This document shows positions 25,739 through 32,000 of a DNA stretch of 32,000 nucleotides, in pieces. Position numbers and translations under genes: made by a program. The notes beneath the pieces are model-generated. The model saw only the letters and a list, made by a program, of their open reading frames with translations. It was not told where the DNA came from and ran no database searches. Position 1 is the first letter of the stretch; every line of letters begins with the position of its first letter. The stretch covers positions 5,100,001 through 5,132,000 of the forward strand of contig NZ_RSDW01000001.1 of NCBI RefSeq assembly GCF_003945235.1. The letters run 5' to 3'. This DNA is from Edaphobacter aggregans. Lineage in GTDB: Bacteria > Acidobacteriota > Terriglobia > Terriglobales > Acidobacteriaceae.

Positions 25739-26935
25739 ATGGCCACGAAGATCGCAGCGTACAGAGAGAATCCTAATAGAGCGATCTTCATAACGGGTGA
25801 GATCAACCAGGCCATGGTCGATCGTCTGACCCCTCAAATTATTCAGCTGCAGAGGGCCGATAATGAGCCGATCACCGTCTATATCGACAGCCCGGGTGGT
25901 AGCACCTATCACGCGGGACTCTTGCTTCAGCTACTCAAGAACAGAGACCAAGATGGGTTGTCCGTTAGGATCATAACAGTCGTGACCGGACTTGCGGCTA
26001 GCGCGGCAGCCGATATCTTAGCGGCTGGCGACTACGCCATTGCGTATAGACACGCGATTATTCATTTCCACGGAGTTAGAACCAGCCGCGGCGATGCGAT
26101 TACACATGAGTCTGCATCCTCTTTAGCCGAAGCACTACGCCAGACTAATGAAAGCTACGCATTGGAACTTGCCCAAGAAGTTCTGGGAAGATTCATGTTC
26201 ATCTACATGCAGCTTTCAAGTGAGTTTGAGAGCGTTCGTGAGGAAAAGCATGCTGCATCAGACGTCGAGTGCCTCGCCGAATCTATAACCGCCAAACTAG
26301 GAGGCATTTCCAGCCTGTTAACTTTGGCTGTCGACAAACATAAGCAACTCTGCGATTTGTTAGAGCATTACTCTCAAGAGCTCGAAGCTCAAGTTGAAAC
26401 GTTTTCGCGGCCGGCTCTCAAAGAAGCTTTCCTTCTCAAATTTTTGATTCATTGGGAACTCGGGAGGAATCAAGAACAAGACTGGCGTTTCCGATCTGAC
26501 GGCCTAAACGCGATCAGAGAGGATTTTGTTTTGTTGGCTGATTATGAGGATGGAACTCACATGTCCAATTTGGATCAGTTAACCAAGCGCTGGGGAGTAT
26601 TTCTTTTGGATGGCGCTCAGCGGCTCGTATACGATGGCCTTCCAACCGTTGATAGACCCAACTATATTCATCAGCAAACGAAAGATCGGTTTCGACATGT
26701 CTGGCATTTCCTTGTATCGGTGTGTCGAGCGCTCCAACAGGGCGAAAATCGTCTTACTGCAACCAACGCCTATTGGTTGGGATTAATAGATGAAGTTCCC
26801 GGAACTAAGCTTGCGACGATACGGGAAATGCTTGAGAACCGGAATGACATAGTAGCTGAACCATCACCATCTTCGGGAAATCAGAAAAAACCAACGAAGG
26901 TTGCCAAGAAGAAAAGTATCAAAACTGAGCTATAA
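25739..26935 (+). CDS. ClpP-fold (S14/S49-like) serine peptidase with a large helical insertion and a lysine-rich tail
   Basis: The N-terminal AIFITGEINQAMVDRLTPQIIQLQRADNEPITVYIDSPGGSTYHAGLLL...VVTGLAASAAADILAAGDYAIAYRHAIIHFHGV follows the ClpP pattern (I.L.G.I..., YINSPGG, G.AAS, IH). Candidate catalytic Ser and His are retained. A ClpP-like C-terminal motif, LTATNAYWLGLIDEV, reappears only about 200 aa later. Confidence 0.75.
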   Translation: MATKIAAYRENPNRAIFITGEINQAMVDRLTPQIIQLQRADNEPITVYIDSPGGSTYHAGLLLQLLKNRDQDGLSVRIITVVTGLAASAAADILAAGDYAIAYRHAIIHFHGVRTSRGDAITHESASSLAEALRQTNESYALELAQEVLGRFMFIYMQLSSEFESVREEKHAASDVECLAESITAKLGGISSLLTLAVDKHKQLCDLLEHYSQELEAQVETFSRPALKEAFLLKFLIHWELGRNQEQDWRFRSDGLNAIREDFVLLADYEDGTHMSNLDQLTKRWGVFLLDGAQRLVYDGLPTVDRPNYIHQQTKDRFRHVWHFLVSVCRALQQGENRLTATNAYWLGLIDEVPGTKLATIREMLENRNDIVAEPSPSSGNQKKPTKVAKKKSIKTEL

Positions 26936-27399
26936 GAAGCGACTTACAAGCAGGAGAAACTTTCAATGCGGGTCCATCGGACGCATGACCCTCGAGTAAT
27001 CTCATCGGATGGATCTGTGAAATCAGAGAAAGCTGAACATCGACGTTTTAGAGGCTCTGCGGAGAAGTAATTCTTGCTTAGTCGTGCAGAAGCGTCACAC
27101 CGACATTTCGAACCTGAAAATGCGGTTTCCAGCAGTTATTACAGGTGGTCTCGTAAAGCTCTCGCTTCAGCTAAATTGATCTTGGCGCGACGGAGGCTTG
27201 CTGGGCATACGACAGATATCACCACAAAAACTACGACAAATAATTCCTCAAATCACAATCTTGGAGATCGGGTGCTCGGCTATCCCGATCCAGGCGCGAA
27301 GGCAGTCGCAGTCTGGTTGCGTGCAGCCACCGAAGCGCTCTTCGCACACTAAGCCCTCAAATCTGATCAGGGCAGAATTCTTCGATGGAGCGTACACTA

Positions 27400-27442
27400 G
27401 GCAGCAAACAGCTCGAAGTTGCCGATAACCCGAGTTTCAAGG
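27400..27442 (+). repeat. Palindromic intergenic element (core with degenerate left arm)
   Basis: The sequence is GGCAGCAAACAGCTCGAAGTTGCCGATAACCCGAGTTTCAAGG. Confidence 0.6.
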
Positions 27443-27575
27443 CTGTATCAACGCATCCGAAAGATACCTGACTCGTCGAGTTTCATCTGAACTAAAAGTG
27501 CATTCGCGCTTCGTTCGCCCGAATGTTTTAACGCGGACTTGAACGAGCTCTCTTCGCGTCCGCGATCTTGCGCGT

Positions 27576-27842
27576 TTAGACGTCGTTCGAATGCTGTTCA
27601 TCATCCACCAGAAACCCCCGCATCCACCGAGGAACTCCCCGGTAGTAGGTGTATTCGCCCGAAACGCGATGATTGCGAAACATCTCAACGATGGAGAAAA
27701 CAGAGGCAATGATCCCGAAAAGGATGCACGCAAAGAGCCAGGCGGTGTCCAACCATCGATAGCGAGCGCTGAGGGCAGCAGATGCGAGAAACAGCGTCCA
27801 AAAGACTATGCCGAAAATGGTCGTTCGTCTATAACGCCTCAT
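27576..27842 (-). CDS. Hypothetical small two-TM membrane protein (88 aa)
   Basis: The TM segments are TTIFGIVFWTLFLASAALSA and AWLFACILFGIIASVFSIVEMF. The composition is more protein-like than the overlapping plus-strand ORF. There is no clear RBS. Confidence 0.4.
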   Translation of the reverse strand: MRRYRRTTIFGIVFWTLFLASAALSARYRWLDTAWLFACILFGIIASVFSIVEMFRNHRVSGEYTYYRGVPRWMRGFLVDDEQHSNDV

Positions 27843-28050
27843 TGGAAGCCTACTGAGTCAAGGCTAGTAGCTCCTGATTTGCCTGGTGGAAGCGCAACAA
27901 AATGCTCCCTAGACCCTGATCACACCGTTCATCGGGAGTATACCGCTTTCGGGGTTATGGCGACGCTGACGAGCAGTGGGCCGCGCTCCGGAGCAGAACC
28001 CGATCCTCTAAACACCCAACGCGATGTTTAGATAGTCTGTCTATCCGAGC

Positions 28051-28133
28051 GGCGGGAAAGCAGGGTTATCGGCAACTTAGCCCGTCCGAAGCGACCTAAT
28101 CGCCCGAACTTGCCGAAAATGCGACTTTCGGGG
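28051..28133 (+). repeat. Palindromic intergenic element, long bipartite copy
   Basis: The sequence is GGCGGGAAAGCAGGGTTATCGGCAACTTAGCCCGTCCGAAGCGACCTAATCGCCCGAACTTGCCGAAAATGCGACTTTCGGG. GTTATCGGCAAC and TTGCCGAAAA form the inverted arms. Confidence 0.7.
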
Positions 28134-28295
28134 AACTTCGTCCGCGGGAGCCAGCGCGCAAAAAAAGATTAGTAAACAGACGAGTGTTTCTTGGTACTAG
28201 TTCTGTTCAACTGGACAGCTGATGGATGAGTGCATTGCCTTGTTATCGCCATTTAGGCTTCGATATTCCTATTCGAGGCCAAGTATCCCCTGAAA

Positions 28296-30731
28296 TCATT
28301 CACACCGCAGTGCGGTCATAGGATCGACAGCCAAAGCCCTGCGCGCGGGCGCGAGGCAGGCCATCACTGCAACAAAGACCAGAAGAATCGAAACGCTCAA
28401 CACCATCAACGGATGATGGTCGGTGTGTCCCACCCAGGCGGACATAATCCGATTCAGGCTGAGGCTCAAGACAAGTCCGGCAGCGATGCCAAGGCCAACG
28501 CTAACGCTCGCCGACGCCATCACGGTTTTGAGAACATGAGAACGCCCCGCACCCAGAGCAATGCGAATACCCACTTCATTGGTGCGTTGGACGACGGAGT
28601 ACGAAACTACACTGTACAGGCCGACCGCAGACAGAACGAGAGCCAGAATAGAGAATCCGGCAAAGAGAGCGGAGATCAACCTTCCTCTTGCCCATTCTGG
28701 CTCATCCTTAATTAGTGTTTCAAGGTCGGCGATCGTGCTAAACGTCTGCTGGTCGGGATTGACCGCTGCGATCTGCCTGCGGATGCTGTTCAGAATGGAT
28801 TCGGGCGGCACGCGGCTGCGTACAAGAATTTGTCCGCTCATCCACAGTTGGGTGCTGAACGGTACAAAGACAGCTGGACGAACTGGTCGGGCAAGGCCGT
28901 TGTTCCGGAGATCGGCTATGACGCCAATAACCTGCATCCAGTCATTTGAGCCTGGAGCGGCCAGGACGTTGGGCGGCCTGCTGATTAGGAGCGGGAGCTT
29001 GAGGGAATGGCCGACGACGTCGCCGTTCGGGTAGTAGTCCTTGGCAAAAGACTGATTGACCAGGACTAAGGAGGCGGCGCGAGCGACCTCGGCGGTGGTC
29101 CACAGGCGTCCCTCGATGAGGGGCGTCTGCAAGGTTCGGAAATAATCGGGATCAACGAGATTGATTCGAGCCGTCTGCGCTTCGGATGGCGAGGGTTTGC
29201 CGAGCAATTCGAACCGCTGATCCCAGCCGCTGTTAGGGGGCGTTGCGCCCGTTTCGATGGACGCAGAGACGACGTCGGGCAACACCGCGATACTGGCGCG
29301 CAGCTGCTCGAAGTAGCTGGCCCTCGCTTGCCAGGTCGTATAGGTGTTGTCATGCAGGGGAATGCCAACCGCCACGACATTGCGAGGATTGTAGCCGAGC
29401 GGCACGCGCATGATGTGCACGAAGCGGTCAATGGCCGCACCTGCGGTGGTCAACAGAAGCATCGTAAGCGCAATTTGTGTAGCGACTAGGGTGCCATGCA
29501 GTCGCCGGCCATGCACGCTACCGGCCGTTCTACTTGTGCTGGACTGCATAACTTGAATGATTTCCGGTCTTGCCATCTGCAAAGCGGGAGCTAGTCCGAA
29601 GAATACCGATGTGAGTAAGGCCAGCGCTCCACTGAAAACCAGCACCGGTGTGCTGATGCGAATGGCCACATCCGGGGGAAACAAGTGGGAGGGCAGCCAC
29701 GCGACGATTAGGGCCAACAGCCAATGGGCCAGGAATATTCCGAGAGCCGTCCCGGTGAGAGCCAATAGAAGCGACTCAGTGAGCAACTGCCGCACAATCC
29801 GAAGGCTGCTGGCGCCCACCGCCGATCGCACAGCAAACTCATGCTGTCGCGCCGCGCCGCGCGCGAGCAACAGGATAGAGACATTACTGCAGCCGATCGC
29901 CAGCAACATGCCGACCGCGGCAAAAAGGAGGTAAAGCGTGGAACCCATATTGCGCGTGGTCTCGTCCGTGAGCGTACGGATGTCGACCCTGAATTTTGCG
30001 GGATACTCACGTTGTTGTTCTTTCGAGAATTGATTGAGGAGCGGTTCCAATTGGGCATCCGCGGCGTCGAGGCTAATTCCTGGTCGCAGTTTGGCGACAA
30101 CACCGCCACCACGGGCGTCGCCAATTTCCTGTGGCAGATACACGTCCGCTCCCCAGCCCCACGTGAAGTTGGGACGGGTGACGCCAATGATGGTGTACTG
30201 CTTGTGATCGATCTCGAGCATCTTGCCGACGATGGTCGGATCGCCATTGAAATGGCGCTGCCAGAACCGGTAATGGAGCATCACGACAGGTTGCGGCTCC
30301 ACTCCGTCCGGGGAGTCGGATGGGCCGAGGTTGCGGCCAAGTAGCGGCGGCACGCCTAGCGTTGGGAAGGTTTCGCCGATCCCGAAGAACGCAATAACGC
30401 CTTCGGGAAAATCGCGTCCGGTAACGACGAGGGCGCGCGCGCTCCAGGTGGCGAGACCTGTAAAGGTGTGTACCTTGCGCAGTTCCCGCAACTGGGATCC
30501 CGAGAACCAGACATCAGAGATATTGCCGCGCGGATCCGTGATGCTCAGGTTGGTCAGTCGGTCGACATCGGCATATGGAAACGGATGCATCAGCACGCCG
30601 TTAATCACGCTGAATACGGAGACGGTTGCGCCGATACCCAGGGCTAGAGAGATAATTGCCGTCAGAGCGAACTTTGGATTTTTAACGAGCTGCCGCAGTG
30701 AGTAACGGAAATCCTGAAGAACCGTCAGCAT
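28296..30731 (-). CDS. ADOP-type (duplicated orphan) MacB/FtsX-family ABC transporter permease
   Basis: I set the start at the ATG at 30731. This gives MLTVLQDFRYSLRQLVKNPKFALTAIISLALGIGATVSVFSVINGVLMHPFPYADVDRL, the characteristic N-terminus of acidobacterial duplicated permeases. The protein has two large periplasmic domains and two four-TM FtsX-like modules. The 22 codons upstream in the track ORF are probably not translated. Confidence 0.85.
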   Translation of the reverse strand: MLTVLQDFRYSLRQLVKNPKFALTAIISLALGIGATVSVFSVINGVLMHPFPYADVDRLTNLSITDPRGNISDVWFSGSQLRELRKVHTFTGLATWSARALVVTGRDFPEGVIAFFGIGETFPTLGVPPLLGRNLGPSDSPDGVEPQPVVMLHYRFWQRHFNGDPTIVGKMLEIDHKQYTIIGVTRPNFTWGWGADVYLPQEIGDARGGGVVAKLRPGISLDAADAQLEPLLNQFSKEQQREYPAKFRVDIRTLTDETTRNMGSTLYLLFAAVGMLLAIGCSNVSILLLARGAARQHEFAVRSAVGASSLRIVRQLLTESLLLALTGTALGIFLAHWLLALIVAWLPSHLFPPDVAIRISTPVLVFSGALALLTSVFFGLAPALQMARPEIIQVMQSSTSRTAGSVHGRRLHGTLVATQIALTMLLLTTAGAAIDRFVHIMRVPLGYNPRNVVAVGIPLHDNTYTTWQARASYFEQLRASIAVLPDVVSASIETGATPPNSGWDQRFELLGKPSPSEAQTARINLVDPDYFRTLQTPLIEGRLWTTAEVARAASLVLVNQSFAKDYYPNGDVVGHSLKLPLLISRPPNVLAAPGSNDWMQVIGVIADLRNNGLARPVRPAVFVPFSTQLWMSGQILVRSRVPPESILNSIRRQIAAVNPDQQTFSTIADLETLIKDEPEWARGRLISALFAGFSILALVLSAVGLYSVVSYSVVQRTNEVGIRIALGAGRSHVLKTVMASASVSVGLGIAAGLVLSLSLNRIMSAWVGHTDHHPLMVLSVSILLVFVAVMACLAPARRALAVDPMTALRCE

Positions 30732-30860
30732 ACTCGACCCTCGCGGCGTGATGCCAACCATGATCGCATGCGATTGCTGCTCCGACCAGTTCTCCACCCA
30801 TTCAAGTATCGATTGGCGCGAAATCTCCGAAGCTGTAGCGCGATATACAGGAGTTCATCT

Positions 30861-30920
30861 GCCGAAAAACGGTGTTATCGGCAACTTCGAGTCGAACTTG
30901 CCGAAAACCCGACTTGCAGG
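30861..30920 (+). repeat. Palindromic intergenic element, best-preserved full copy
   Basis: The sequence is GCCGAAAAACGGTGTTATCGGCAACTTCGAGTCGAACTTGCCGAAAACCCGACTTGCAGG. It lies in the divergent gap between the permease (minus strand) and the 31080 ORF (plus strand). Confidence 0.75.
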
Positions 30921-31079
30921 CACTACATTGCACAGACGGCAACCTAAACAACACGAAGGGGCGTGGTTATCGACTGTCCTCAACTGGGTGTTGAGGCACT
31001 CTGATAAGAGTGCTGAAAAAAGCCGAAGGGTCAAGTCGAACGCCGTTATAATTCGTCCAAACGGACGGAGGCTATAGGA

Positions 31080-31745
31080 ATGCGTCGTCTAGCTGCTCTC
31101 ATCGCTCTTATCTTCGCCATCCCTTCCACCGCGATCTTCGCACAAACCCGCGTAATGAATATGACGGCTATTCGGAATCGACCATTTACAGCAACCGAAA
31201 GTCACACCGGGCCGAACTTTATTGGAGCTGTCACGCAAAAGATAGCCCGCAACTCAGAGGGAAGTCTGTATTACCAGGCCCCGGAGGGAACGATTTACAT
31301 CTTCGATGTCACTAGCAAGACCAGGACGACATTATTTGTAACTTCCAGGCGCTATCGTGTTGATGCGATGCCTCAGCTTGCTGCAGGGGTGGTGTCAGAG
31401 GAACAAGTTGCGCGGATGGCGGCGCGTGTCGATCAGGCGCGGCCTGTGCATGTTGAACAAAACGGAATTATTCAGGATGGCCACTCGATTGGCACAAAGA
31501 ATATTCAAGGCTTTGTAGCATTTGGGCATCTCACAACATTCAAAGGGACCGATGAAAAAGCAAATATCACAGACAGGACAGAAGAGGTTTGGGAGTCGCC
31601 GCTCGTCGGTGTGATCAATGCCAAAACCGAGGATCACGTCGGTGGCGAAAACTCGACGATGATCCGTGGAAATTTTCAGATGACCGAGCCCGATCCAGCC
31701 CTCTTCCAAATACCAGCCGGCTACCTTCCTGAAAAAGGGACTTAA
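31080..31745 (+). CDS. Hypothetical secreted protein
   Basis: A GGAGG RBS at 31067-31071 precedes the ATG. The signal peptide is MRRLAALIALIFAIPSTAIFAQ. I recognise no family. Confidence 0.55.
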   Translation: MRRLAALIALIFAIPSTAIFAQTRVMNMTAIRNRPFTATESHTGPNFIGAVTQKIARNSEGSLYYQAPEGTIYIFDVTSKTRTTLFVTSRRYRVDAMPQLAAGVVSEEQVARMAARVDQARPVHVEQNGIIQDGHSIGTKNIQGFVAFGHLTTFKGTDEKANITDRTEEVWESPLVGVINAKTEDHVGGENSTMIRGNFQMTEPDPALFQIPAGYLPEKGT

Positions 31746-31751
31746 ACTGCA

Positions 31752-31991
31752 CTACACTTTCCGAACGAAGTGTTCTTGGAAAAGCGCTTGCGCCTTCTGG
31801 GCCCCCGACTCCGTCATTCTCACGGACTTTGCTGCGTTCTGAGGATCGGAAATGTACCCTCTCTTGTAAAGGCGATCCATAGCGTTCCAGTCATGTCCTT
31901 TCCAGGCTCGTATACCCATACCTTCCGTGAAAGTGGTCAGGTGTAGGAGCGCGAGAACCATTTCGTCAACCTTGTCTTCGTCATATTCCAT
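31752..31991 (-). CDS. Small conserved hypothetical protein (79 aa); resembles the family I recall as DUF6429
   Basis: It is a complete ORF. VDEMVLALLHLTTFTEGMGIRAWKGHDWNAMDRLYKRGYISDPQNAAKSVRMTESG matches a small-protein pattern I recall (AWKG.DW...drL...G.I.dp..kaKSV.lTe.G). The family name needs HMM confirmation. Confidence 0.5.
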   Translation of the reverse strand: MEYDEDKVDEMVLALLHLTTFTEGMGIRAWKGHDWNAMDRLYKRGYISDPQNAAKSVRMTESGAQKAQALFQEHFVRKV

Positions 31992-32000
31992 ACAGACCTC

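Noticed and set aside
25739-26935. ClpP-like gene as part of an intact prophage head-morphogenesis module
   Set aside because: No portal, capsid, terminase or tail genes lie on either side within the window. A prophage remnant is still listed as an alternative explanation in the findings.
27591-28031. 146-aa plus-strand ORF (also 27437..27733 minus and 27074..27352 plus)
   Set aside because: The products are low-complexity or basic with no motifs. The 27591 ORF is antisense to a more plausible two-TM ORF. The proximity of the 27591 ORF's stop to a repeat copy was noted but is not enough on its own.
9343-30920. Could the recurring repeats be a CRISPR array?
   Set aside because: Spacing is irregular, from hundreds of bp to over 10 kb. 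The copies are imperfect and lie between protein-coding genes. No cas genes are present.
9343-30920. Repeat core read as an ECF/RpoE-type promoter (GAACTT as the -35 box) or as a sigma-54 site (GGCAAC...TTGC)
   Set aside because: The strongest conservation falls in what would be the spacer. The bases 16-17 nt downstream (TGCAG, TCGGG, TGTAG, TCAAG...) are not a conserved -10 box. The GG-to-GC spacing is about 12 nt too long for sigma-54.

Overview
The window looks like an Acidobacteriota (Terriglobia-type) chromosome. The pointers are an ADOP-type duplicated FtsX permease, a CarboxypepD_reg-fronted TonB-dependent receptor and a wHTH-TolB regulator; this attribution is inference only. Positions 1-9054 are a G+C-rich core alpha-glucan utilisation locus. 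It holds an edge-truncated GH31 alpha-glucosidase that is missing from the ORF track, a membrane-anchored wHTH/PD40-propeller regulator, a TonB-dependent receptor and a secreted GH13 enzyme. Both plus-strand genes are followed by clear hairpin/T-tract terminators. From about 9.05 to 28.3 kb the sequence becomes a compositional mosaic of accessory DNA. It contains small secreted or membrane hypothetical genes, a 1029-aa secreted multi-repeat protein, and two polytopic GT-C-like membrane proteins. It also contains a compact 2496-bp TniA/TniB (Tn5053/Tn552/Mu-superfamily) element with 50-bp composite inverted repeats, and a tyrosine recombinase abutting that element. Next comes a lower-G+C four-gene module: a small wHTH protein, a Dgt-family dGTPase, a 67-aa protein and a ClpP-fold peptidase carrying a large insertion. 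A gene-poor decayed stretch follows. The right end (28.3-32 kb) has the ADOP permease, a secreted hypothetical and a small conserved protein. A conserved palindromic intergenic element with core CGAACTTGCCGAWAAYSCGACTTTSNRGG recurs at least ten times. All clear copies are in the plus orientation, and it punctuates the accessory genes like cassette boundaries. My best candidates for something undescribed are the dGTPase plus ClpP-fold module and this repeat/cassette organisation; neither can be proven from sequence alone. I saw no rRNA, tRNA or CRISPR array.
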